Assembly: GCF_024521635.1 (NCBI RefSeq)
Contig: NW_026250416.1
Span: 620,001-684,000, forward strand
Origin: Tricharina praecox
Taxonomy: Eukaryota
Reading direction: 5' to 3'
DNA length: 64,000 nt
This document shows, piece by piece, positions 49,262 to 60,036 of this stretch; within the stretch, counting starts at the first letter, position 1; each line of letters starts with the position of its first letter. Made by a program: the position numbers and the translations under genes. Below the pieces are notes generated by a model. That model saw nothing but the letters and a program-made list of their open reading frames with translations, was not told the origin of the DNA and did not search any database.

Positions 49262-50353
49262 ATGTCCGAACCCACGCCCACGCTCCCTGAGGAGCCCACC
49301 TCCCCAACACCCACCGAAGACGCCTCCGCCCCCGCCTCTTCGATAAAACCCGGTCTCCTGGCCCTTCTCACACCGCACCCCTTTGTCCCCGCCCCACTCC
49401 GCCAGCATGCCCACCGCCTCACCGCCTCGCTCACGCGCTTCCGCGCCCACTACGAAACGCAATACCCCACACGAATTGGCTCGCTGCTCACCTCGCTCCT
49501 CCTCCCCACCTGCCACGCCGCACTGATCAACACCTACACTGTCACACCATACACCCTTCCTTCCGACCTCCCCACCAGCGCCCTACCCTGGTTCACCACG
49601 CCCGCCTACACCTGCACCAGCACCCTCCCGCCGCCCCAGCCCTCCCCCGACGGCAAGCGCACGCACTACCTCCTAGACGCCGCGTCGCTCCTGCCGATAA
49701 CCGCGCTCGCTCCGGAGCCAGGCATGCAAGTCCTCGACCTCTGCGCCGCCCCCGGCGGCAAATCCGTGGCGATCGCGCAGCTTTTGCAGGGCTCTGGGGA
49801 ACTCCACGTGAACGAGCCGGATCGTGCGCGGCGCGGACGGCTGAAGGCCGTGCTGAATGAGTACCTTGGGGAGCAGCCATCGGTTTCTGTACGGATCACG
49901 GGCGACGACGGCTCGCGCGTTGGCGGTGGCGGCGGCGGCTACGATCGTGTCCTTGTTGATGCGCCGTGCTCTAGCTCGAGGCATATGCTCCAGGCGGCGA
50001 ATAAAGCGCTGAGGTCTGGCACTGAGAAGGGGCTTGAGGATTTACTGGCGTGGACGCCGAAAAGGACCGCGAAGTGTGCCACGCTGCAGAAGCTGCTCTT
50101 GCTGCGCGCGCTGGAGCGCGTGAAAGTAGGTGGAAGAGTCGTTTATGCTACTTGCTCGATTGATGATGCGGAGAATGATGGCGTGGTTAAAGCGGTGGTG
50201 GGCAAGGAGTGGAAAGGTCGCGCGAAGATTGTGAGGCCGAAGGGGGAGGAGGAGTGGCCTGGCGAGAGGACGAAGACTGGCTGGATTGTGTTGCCTGATA
50301 CTGGCGCTGGGTTGGGGCCGCTGTTTTTCGCGGTGGTGGTTAGGACTGCGTGA
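49262..50353 (+). CDS. RNA (cytosine-5)-methyltransferase, NOL1/NOP2/Sun family, NSUN3/NSUN4-like, intronless
   Basis: YLLDAASLLP, VLDLCAAPGGKS (motif I), YDRVLVDAPCSS (motif IV Cys), VYATCS (catalytic Cys of motif VI), ENDGVV and GPLFFA. Confidence 0.92.
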   Translation: MSEPTPTLPEEPTSPTPTEDASAPASSIKPGLLALLTPHPFVPAPLRQHAHRLTASLTRFRAHYETQYPTRIGSLLTSLLLPTCHAALINTYTVTPYTLPSDLPTSALPWFTTPAYTCTSTLPPPQPSPDGKRTHYLLDAASLLPITALAPEPGMQVLDLCAAPGGKSVAIAQLLQGSGELHVNEPDRARRGRLKAVLNEYLGEQPSVSVRITGDDGSRVGGGGGGYDRVLVDAPCSSSRHMLQAANKALRSGTEKGLEDLLAWTPKRTAKCATLQKLLLLRALERVKVGGRVVYATCSIDDAENDGVVKAVVGKEWKGRAKIVRPKGEEEWPGERTKTGWIVLPDTGAGLGPLFFAVVVRTA

Positions 50354-50612
50354 GATATCCAGCACCATATCAAATAAATTTACCATACCCACCTTGACTC
50401 ATCGTAACCACTATTTCACGCTCGCATAGGCATACCAGTGATAACGCTTTATGATGGTTCGAACTTCGGTGATCCCTCAGTACCCCAACCCGAACGAGAC
50501 ACCGTAAACGCAACCCACCACACAGCTCCCAAGTCCCAAGTCCCAACCATCCATCTTCATCCCCAAAAATAAATGGCTTTGCCATCCGTTGAAAAAGGAA
50601 CGAAAAATATGA

Positions 50613-50725
50613 TGACAAGAGGGGGATTCGAACCCCCGCCTCTTGCGAGACCAGAATGCTCTACCAGTTTGCTGATAGAAGACTTAACTTGAGTCTGGCG
50701 CCTTAGACCGCTCGGCCATCTTGCC
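50613..50725 (-). tRNA. tRNA-Leu(CAA) with intron, third copy
   Basis: Same as the other copies except the variable-arm loop (GCAA vs GAAA) and one intron base (GAGCA vs GAGTA). Confidence 0.97.
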
Positions 50726-51182
50726 TTTGGATGATGGGTCACTTGTCTAGAGCTTATGAGGGATAAAGTACCACTGTGAGCTGGTGGTTTTCAGGTGAAA
50801 CTGCGATGGTCGCATTGGTTATTGATGAAGGAGGAGGGGCAGTTCACTGTTCTAAGAGGACTGCTACATAGTGAGGGGGTGATGGGTGGAGCTGGTTGGC
50901 ATGGTGTGAGAACTTGAAAGGGCAATGCATGTGAGGCGGACAGGCACCACACAAGCTGTTCCTAAGTACTCAGCAGTCCCGGATCCCCGGTAACGGGCTC
51001 GGTGCAGCACCCTCGCCTCCATCGGTTCTTCACCTACCTACGCAGCAGTATACTTTCCTTCTACACATGTTCTACATGATGAGCCGGGCCAACCGTATTA
51101 AATCCCCCAAAGACGAATCGTCACAGCACTCACGCTCCGAGTGACACATCATGAAGCCCGTAACTCTCTCGTTCTACCTATC

Positions 51183-52818
51183 CTACACCCTCTCCCTAAA
51201 CCGCATCTCGCACCTCCCGAGGGAGACCGTAAAGTAATCCTTCCACTCCTTCCTATATCTCTCCTCGTTATAGCCCTCACCCAGCTCAAACGTAAACTCG
51301 GAGACCACCCTAGCAACGGCAAGTCGCAACTCGTTCAGTGCCATCTGCTTGCCGACACACGAATGCGGCCCGTACGAGAACGGAATGTACGCTTGGCTCT
51401 CGAGCACCAGCGTGTCCTTGTCTTCTAGCCAGCGGTTGGGGAGCCAGTCGTCGCCGCGCGGGAAGTAGCGGGGGTCTATGGTGGTACTGGGTCAGAGGGG
51501 GGTGGGAAAGCTAGGGGGAGGGGGCGGAGTTACCGGTCATGATGGAGAGATGGTGCATTCGCGCAACCGTGTATGCGGGCAGAAAAACGCCATCGATGGT
51601 TACTCCGCCGGGGGGAACGACGGCCTGGACACCGGCGGGGACAGCATTCCACAGCCGCAAAGTCTCATCGACGACCGCACAGAGCACGGGCATTGTCTTG
51701 GTGGCCTGCACGTTCATGACTCCGCCGCGCTCCCTCACCTCCTGCAGCACCCTCTCCTGCCATTCCGGATGCAGCGCCAGCTCCCTCAGCGCATTGCTCA
51801 GAACCGAGGAGGTAGTATCGCTCCCGGCGACGATGATGAGCATGGCATTGATTGCGACCTGCGAGGGCGTAAACACGCCGTCCAGCAGATGGCTGAACAC
51901 ATCCTTCCTATCCGTCCCGGCCTCCATGCGCTTAGCCACCATCGCTTCCGCACGGGCCTGAAAATTCTTCGCGCTCTTAGCGACGGGTAAGTACGGCGCA
52001 ATATCAAGGGCATTCCTGATCGACCCCAGGGTGGCAACAACGCGCAGAAACTTCCTGATGAAGGTGAGAAACACTCTGTCGCCCGCGCCAGACTGCAGGC
52101 CCTCGTCCATGCCAAAGCCCAGGTCACACATCGCATCGAACGCGAAATCGCCGACCCTCGCAACGGCATCCACCTCAGCCCCCTTGGTGTCGCGGAGCAC
52201 ATCGACCAGCCGCTCCACATGCTTCTCAACGCGGTGATCATACTCCTTCACGCTGCCCTGGGCGAACGCGCGCTCCCAGACGCCGCGCCAGCGCCGGTGC
52301 ACGGCGTTGTCGCGCTGCGAAATGAGGTTTCCCTCGGGATCGACGAGCTTGGCGTTCTCGTTTTGCGGGCCGCGCTGCCGGTGGTTCGGTGTGAGCCTCA
52401 GCAGCTTGATCGCCGAGAGCGAGGTGAGCGCCACTTCGTTGGGTGCCGTGCGGATCACGCTGCCGTACCGCCGGTGCAGCGACCGCACGTCGAGGGCGTG
52501 CGTTCCCTCCGAGAAGAGGTACGCTTCGTAGAGCTTCGTGGCCGCGGCGATTTTGTGCCCCGGGAGGTGCGCGAGCGGGTGGAAGTAGAGGCGGTAGATC
52601 AGCGTGCTCGTGATCAGGGAGGTGAAGTAGACGACATTTGCCGCTGCGAAGGAGGAGATGATCTCGGTGACGGTGGATTGGGTCTTGGAGAGGAGAAACA
52701 GCAGCACGGTGTCGAGGAGTGCCCAGCTGGCGAGTACACTTTCCGTCCGTACCTCGTTGATCGGACAGAGGATGCGTTGCGTCACGACGCCGGCTAGGAG
52801 GGCAAGAGGGAGTAACAT
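51183..52818 (-). CDS. Cytochrome P450 monooxygenase, 2 exons
   Basis: N-terminal membrane anchor; YRLYFHPLAHLPG; I-helix AGSDTT; K-helix ETLR; heme motif PFSYGPHSCVGKQMA. One intron at ~51476-51533. Confidence 0.95.
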
Positions 52819-53237
52819 CGAATTGTGATGCGTCGGTCCATGGAGGGCGGGGTGGCCGCGGGTCTTTATGTGCGGTACATATCGCTGAGCACTGGGATGT
52901 ATCGATCTGCCGGGACATAATAAGGCTTTCGTGCATGCAGCACACGTATGTATTGTACCCACTCGTATGTACATATGTCATCAACGCAATCCGTCTCGAG
53001 GATCCATCCAGTCCTTCCGGATTTTGTGCGGCAGAGTGGGGGCTGGTGGTCTGCAGGCGAGCGTAAGCAGTACTGTTGCCCCCTTGTGCCTCCGGCGGCT
53101 ATATATCTAGAGTAGGCAGAGCGCTTTGCTAGTTAGTATCGTATCCTACGTGTTGCGCAGGCAGCATGGCCAAGCTTCGTCGTATTCATCGCATCAGCAC
53201 TACTATGGTAGATACTCTAGACATGCGGAAGAATCCG

Positions 53238-53307
53238 TTTTTTTTGTTTTTGTTTAATCATCATTGCATTCGACCTTAGTACCAGGTCATGGCAGAATAC
53301 ATGTGTA
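53238..53307 (-). mobile_element. Short retroposon / 5'-truncated LINE 3' end, copy 3
   Basis: Minus strand reads CTGCCATGACCTGGTACTAAGGTCGAATGCAATGATGATTAAACAAAAACAAAAAAAA. Flanked by GCGGAAGAATCCG and GCGGAAGTATCTG (11/13 identical). Confidence 0.7.
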
Positions 53308-55274
53308 GCGGAAGTATCTGCCGCGGCAGAGACGCTCGGCGCCATCGTGGCGAGTCGATAAGGAAGCTGAGTGCATTGCAGCGGGAGGAGGTATGTACAT
53401 ACCCCATCATGGTGCCTTGCCGTCAATATGCAGAGGCACTTCAGTCGATCATGTAGCCGTGCAAGGAAGGTTAATCCCCGCAATACACGGCGTCGCCTAG
53501 ATATCAAACAGACAACCCCTGATCAGCACGGTAGAGTAATCCACCAACAGTCTCCGCGGTCTGAATACCGCTGACAGCTGCGGTAGGGTGATGGAGGAGC
53601 TGTCGGCGAGATGCGGAGGTGAAGAAGGGCTCCTGTCGGCAGGATAAAACGAATGCAATCAATAGTAAGCATCAACGTTAGTAGGCATCAACATTGGCAG
53701 GCATGGCGGGGTCGGCCAAGTATGGAGGAGGGGGACTTAAGCTGGGTCCGGCGGGTGTTTCTTCCTCTTCTTTCCAGATCATCATCTACAAGAGTACACG
53801 ATCAACCTCTACGACACGGATGATGATTCACTTTGAGTTCCGACTTTCGGGGAAGACCTGAATCTGCGACCAGTGACCACCGCTTTCGAGTTCGTTGAAG
53901 TCGAGCATAGTTTGAAATTTGCACTCGATCTCAAATGACAATTGATTAGCTACATTTACCGGTGCTGAAGGGAGTTTTTCAGTCTCAGTGTGTAAAATAA
54001 AACTTCTTCGACGTTTTATCACTCGACTCGGACCTGTATCTTCAGCATATATCCTCAAATTTCTCCAAACTAAGAAGCTCTTCGAACGGTTTTTCCTTAA
54101 ACCACGCCTCCTTCCAAACTACCTACGCGACTACGTCTAGTATGTAACTGGAACTGGTAGACGGTTGTAAAGCCGTCGATTATGCGTGAGAAGGTGCGCT
54201 CCCTGTCAAACAATTCCTATGCTTACCCGGCTTCCCCACAGTCCAGGACGATGCTTCAATCCTTCACTGTCCCTCGAGACCCTCGAGACAGTTTACACAA
54301 CGCACCCCCGGACTCCGCTCTCGATGGTATAGACAACCTGGGTGCTTGCAGCCGTTAGACTTCAGTCAGCAAGAGCAATCGGTGTACCAGTGTAACGGTC
54401 ATACCTATCGGAGGGCGTCGTCGAATCGAGTGCTACCTCCGTGAGGCTGTGATATTCGTCCGACACCAGTCTTTACCACTTGCAGACCTCTCACCCACGG
54501 TGCGTCGGGAGCTCTTGCCTCTTGCCTCTTGCCTCTCGACCTAAACTCCCTGCTGTTAGCGGCTTAGTGAAGAAGCTTGATGCCGGTAATAGTAAATCGT
54601 AAAGTATTGATCACCAGCCAGCGCCACCCAGCGGCGGTCATTCCCCGAGAGTGAGCGAGTGAGTGAGTGAGTAAGTTACCCATCCCCCAAAAAGACCGAC
54701 CACTTCTCCTTTCCCAGTGCCCACAGGTAGGGACAAGGGGAAAACTGGAATCCCGAAGGCGCGCAAGAATGTAAGGTGCTAACTACGCAGCTACGCTTAT
54801 TACCGGAGCGCGGGACGGATAGGTGCATGGAGGCTGGAGGGCCGAGGCTGGTGTACCCCCAGCGACGGCTGGAAACGTAGAATCGTGGAGTGACTGCACT
54901 GACCGGCTCACTGAGATCGACTCTCGAGATGTAACCATGTATGTGCGGAAGAGAAAGGGGCGGGCCGCGGATAGGAATGATAGACATTGGAGCGAAGAAA
55001 TTGCGGACTGCTGCGGAGGATGGTGACACGCCGTGACTGAGTCTGCCGCCTATGGATAAGAATTCCGTCTCCTCCGTCCAATGGGGGGACGATACTGATT
55101 CAATTCAAACTGCGGAAAGCGTCGGCACGTAACTACTGTGGCCCTTGGTAGGGAGCTTTGACCAAAGACCACCGTTCTTGCAAGAAAATCAAGACCATAG
55201 CGTGGAGCTTCACGAGTGACACCCCATGCCTGACGGAAACACCTTCCGCATGTAACCATCACCTCACCAAACCC

Positions 55275-55325
55275 TTTTTTGTTTAATCATCACAGCATTC
55301 GACCTTATTACCTAGATCATGGCAG
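55275..55325 (-). mobile_element. Short retroposon / 5'-truncated LINE 3' end, copy 4 (may extend to ~55440)
   Basis: Minus strand reads CTGCCATGATCTAGGTAATAAGGTCGAATGCTGTGATGATTAAACAAAAAA, homologous to copy 3 over ~50 bp. Confidence 0.65.
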
Positions 55326-55693
55326 TTTACGTATCCATTTCCACCCGGCTTTTCACCGACCGACCGCTGTTCGCGAGCTTGATACATAACCACCGGTTTA
55401 TTACCTAACCGTCTACATACCCGGTCCCCGCCCTCGAGGCCACAAACCCGCAAAAACCAGATGGTTCGCCTTTAATTTAAAGTAGTGTCACGTCGGAAAT
55501 ATGCATAAGCACTCTAAAAAGCACGGGCCTCGTCGGCTCAGTTTCAGTTTCAAAATCACGAACCAGCACAGGACAAGCACAAAAGCACGAAACGACCTCA
55601 GGATATCTTCCATTTCCGCCCAATCTAAAAGCTCCACACGCCGCCGCTATGCTATGCATACATACAAAGAAGTTCTCCGCCGGTCTAGATGAT

Positions 55694-56384
55694 TTACAGG
55701 ACGAGCATGCCGCCGGCCATGAGGCCCACGACGGCCGCGATGGCAACGCTCTTGAAGCCCGAGACACCGCCGATGACGGAGACACCGGCGCCCTCGAACG
55801 AGGAGACGGAGGCGCTGTCGACGCCGGTGGCGGTCGCGTCGTCGGCTCCGGTGTAGGTGGGGACGCCGGAAATGGTGGCAGACGCGCCGGCGACAGTGCG
55901 CGTGGTCGACGGGACGATGGTGGTACCCTTGATACCAGGGCCGTTGGACGCGATCTTGAACACGGCGGAGAAGTTCTTGGTGTCCGGGTCCTGGGACTGG
56001 ATCTGGATCGAGTAGTCGTCGTCGCCGGCGAGCTCGGTGGAGGGAACCCAGATGAAGGCACCAGTGTTGGGGAGTCCGCCTGTGGTAGATTGTTAGTAGC
56101 TGTGAGATAAGGGGTTTTGGCTGGAATGGATAGCACGTACTGGCAATGACCTCGAGGGTGTCGAGGAGAGCGGCGTCGGTTCCCTTCATGAGGACCAGGG
56201 TGACCCTCTCTCCAGCAGTCGGCAGCCACTCAACGGTGAAGCGCTCTCCGGCCTTGAGGAGAGTCTTCGCGACGGGCGCGTGGATGGGGTTGGCGGCATC
56301 GGTGGTGCCGTCGGGGGAGGCGTAGGCAGCGGCGAGCGCGGAGAAGCCGGCAGCGGCGAAAGCGAGGATGGATCCGAAACGCAT
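55694..56384 (-). CDS. Ser/Thr-rich GPI-anchored cell-wall protein (Kre9/Knh1-like N-terminal domain family)
   Basis: Signal peptide; NPIHAP..LKAGERFTVEWLPT..VTLVLMKG..IA^SGLPNTGAFIWVP..DYSIQI..NFSAVFKI; Ser/Thr-rich stalk; hydrophobic C-terminus. Intron at 56080-56140. Confidence 0.9.
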
Positions 56385-59300
56385 GTTGATTGATGTTGTT
56401 TGGGGTGGTGGTATTAGATTATCGGGTGGAAGAGATTAAAGATCGTAGGTGATGATTTACTCGAAGGAGTGACTCGGGTCGGAACCGGGAAAGAAGGTGC
56501 GCTGGGATCGAAAGGCTGTAAAGAACGTGGGGTGCAGAGGAGAGAAAGAAGGGTGATGGAACGAGGAGAAGGCGGGATTTTGTAGAGTTCTGGAAGAGCT
56601 GGGAAAGGGGGCGGCTGCATTGGCACTAACCCTCGAAGCGTTCTGGGCGGGTTGGGCGCACCGTCAACGGCGGCCACACAGATCCGAGCAGCGCCCAGTG
56701 AATCCAGCGCAATTTCCTTTTTATCTTGAGAGAAACCGGCTTAACGCGTTGTGGGTGAGTGAGGACTAGTGAGTAGGGGGGAGAGATCTGAGCGAGGAAG
56801 GCATCCAAGCGAACGATGCCTTCCAGGACAAGATACCCGAACTGAGGCCCCCTCGAACCGAACCTCCGATGTGGCTCAGCAATTGATGATGATGGTACGC
56901 AGACACACGCCTTCAGGATGCAGGGCTGTGGTATGTTGACTGTCAGGATAGCCAAGTACTTGGTTATCGTCATGTCGCGTTGGTGACAGCCTGCAAACGT
57001 CTGACAGTCAGCATTGTGCTTCAAGCGGTTCTAGATTACTAGCAGAGCTTATACGGTAGGTCCCGCTAGTTTCCCCTACTCTACACCTCATCTTGCACAT
57101 TTTATGCGGAGATGCAGGGGCCGCTCTTCAGTGCATGGGATTGGGGAAGGATACCGTAGGTCCGTAACTATCGTCGCCCTCTCCGCTTCAGCAGCAAACC
57201 GTGCCCGTGAGGCTCGTGAGCTGTGGCTTTGACAGCGAAAACCCCAAGTCCTCATCTCCGCCAAGCTGGGCCGATAGTCTGCTCGCCGTTCGCTCCCTAG
57301 AGCCCTTTCCGGGAAGTGTCCGCTTTCTCGCGGCCGCCCAGGACTTCCTCCCGAGCAGATCCCTGCTCCTGAAGGGGCTTTTAGCGCTCACGTCGATGGA
57401 ACCTGTCGACTCGCCCCACGAGAGGGGAAATGATCTCCAAGATTGAGTGGGTCCGTCACCGAGGTAGTACTCTAGTTACCGGTTCGTGATGATGGTGATG
57501 TCGGTGAGGAAGCGCGGTGTGAGGTAGAGTACTTTTCGGCGGATGCTTATTGCGATCATCAGGTCATTTCAACCTTGCGCGAGTGTCGAGGAAGTGGTTT
57601 GAGTACTTGAGGGCATGGATCGCGAGAATACTCTATCATAGGTAGCTGACATAGGGTATGAAGTCGTCCGATACCTATCGTCGCGCTCTCGCACGCAGAA
57701 GGAAGGAAGGTTCGGACACGGGGAGGTAGTTCGCTGAGATGGCACTGGCCCCAGGAAAGCGTTGGGCAGGAGATGCAGGCGCCGGTGGACACGTGTAGAG
57801 CTTCCTGAAGCCATTGGTCGTTACCAGACGGGCTGGGCAAGTGGTTATTCATCACGTCGTAACCGGCCGCCGTCTCCGTCGTCGCTCCGAGAGGTTCGCA
57901 TATCGGCGCGGTATCCACGGTTCCGCCGTCACTACATGGCGGCCCGATCCATGTTCCGGTTTGCCGTCGCGTCGGTTGTGGTGATGATGGGCTGATTCCT
58001 GGGAGGAGAAAGGGACTGTAAGTTGCAGGTTGCCATAGGAACGAGATAGCCGAACGCTAAACCCCATTTGGCTCTGTGAGACAAAACGATTCCGAGAAAA
58101 TAATTGATGAATTCTGAAAACATCATACTACTGTAGGAAGCATAGCCTTTGGAAACTCGAAGCACGTGGCCAAATTGCGGTGATTGGGACTCCAAACTGT
58201 GCCAGCCTCTAGCGATTCGGACAAAGGGGTCGGGTGTGCTGGAATCGGGTAGCGAACCTGTATGCATAGATGTTCGGGTTCGATGAGGATGTATCTACTA
58301 GTACATAGTTAAGGGGGTATAGTTACCAACGTGCTATGTACCATCGAAGTGTTTCTATTGGCAGTTCTCGCGGTGAATGAGTTCTTTGAGGAGTCATGAA
58401 GTTATGGCTACCTAAACGTTATTCCACAACATCTTCCAAGTTTCGCGTCTAGCGATTCAGTACGGCGTCCGTACTCTATACCGTTGAAGTTTACGGGACC
58501 TTTGGCCTTGGGCAAGGCGCCAGAACGAGTCGGTGTGGAGAATATCGAGACGATAGCCCAGTGGTCCGAAATGGATGAGATGCTAGAAAACTCGGAAAGC
58601 GAGTGAGATACCATGATGCACCCACGAAACAGCACACACATTTTGTCCTGGCTAAGCGATCCATCAGTTTTGAGATCTTAGATCTATGTAGCCTCGCGGG
58701 GAAAAGGCTGCACCTGTGCCTAGTCGAGTACACGCGCGATAAATCATAAGCCCTACCGTATTATGGAATTATGAGTGATATCTTGACTACTTGGAGGCTG
58801 CGGACTCTTACTCTCGGTGTTTACAACTTCTACTATATAGTAGTCGCTAAGATCTCCACAGACCGCACCCGGTGACTTTTTCTTCCACACTTCTACTTCT
58901 CTATGAACCGATTCTCTGGGATTCCTGAGTCCTTCCCATTACCTGAGACCTCGTTTCTTCAGTCTTCAATTCACTGTGGTAGCTCAGACTGCAGGCTGAT
59001 GATCGGTGTAATGAGTATCCAGCGATCCACATCATCTAAACTTTTTCTATAGGATGAATGATGCCCGTACAGCTTTCCCAGAGCTCACCAACGAGCAGTC
59101 GACAGGCTGTCAAGAGCGATCGCCCCACGGCCGCAGATCACGAGTGATATATTATGTACCAGTATCCACGTCGCAGATCGCCCGTTTAAGGATTAGTCGT
59201 TCGGCAAAACACGAAGCCGCCGGGAATCATGTCGACTCATTATAACTTCTACAGGTATTAAACAACGTATTCGCCGACTGCAGGCCGTAAACTGCAGACT

Positions 59301-60036
59301 GGCTGCGGGCCATCTGGCAGCTGGTTCTCCCACTTCCCACGTCTCGCAGACCAGGTACAGAGCGATGTTTTGATTCCGTGTTTCGACTTTCAACTTCTTG
59401 GACGACCAGATGCCTCGCGACATAGCACCGAACGCCGGGTGATAGGGCTCCCGAGGGATTCAGCCGGTGCGCGGCTCGGTACAGCTACGGTATCTGGCAC
59501 ATCCTACCTACCTCGCCCGCTACTCCCTACTACGGCATCTCCGCTCAACAAAAAAGCCACAAGATAATCCGTATCATATTCCCACCATGGCGTCGGGAAC
59601 CTTCAACCGCCCGCCGCGACGCCGTCGGATTCCGCGCGGGTGCTCGAGGGTGCGAGTGACGCACCGTGCACCGGCCCCGGCCCCGGCACTGGTGCTCACA
59701 TCGACTCATTACCTCTATTGAGCCCTGGTTCGGATATACCATATACCATATACCTACTTTACCCATTTCCTCTCGCCTCTTACATCTCCAGGAGTCGCCA
59801 GTATCAGCCCTTTTCGGGTTTGCTTCTCGAGACTCGAGTCTTTAAGTCTTTGAGTAAGACCGACTTCCATACGCCTGCCCGCATGCCCGCAATGTCACTT
59901 CACTTCACTTCATCGTATCATTCATCCCGCGTATACCCGCGATTAAATTACATCAGAAACCCCCGCAGAAGCCCCCTCCAAACCAGACACCAACTCGACG
60001 CCAGTTCTTAGCCGTATCCCCCCACGCAAGAAACAT

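Noticed and set aside
58396-58560. MKLWLPKR / FHNIFQVSRL resembling the Gypsy integrase C-terminal HxVFHVSxL motif
   Set aside because: Needs a frameshift, is very short, and no other retrotransposon domains or LTRs are visible. Cannot be supported without blastx.
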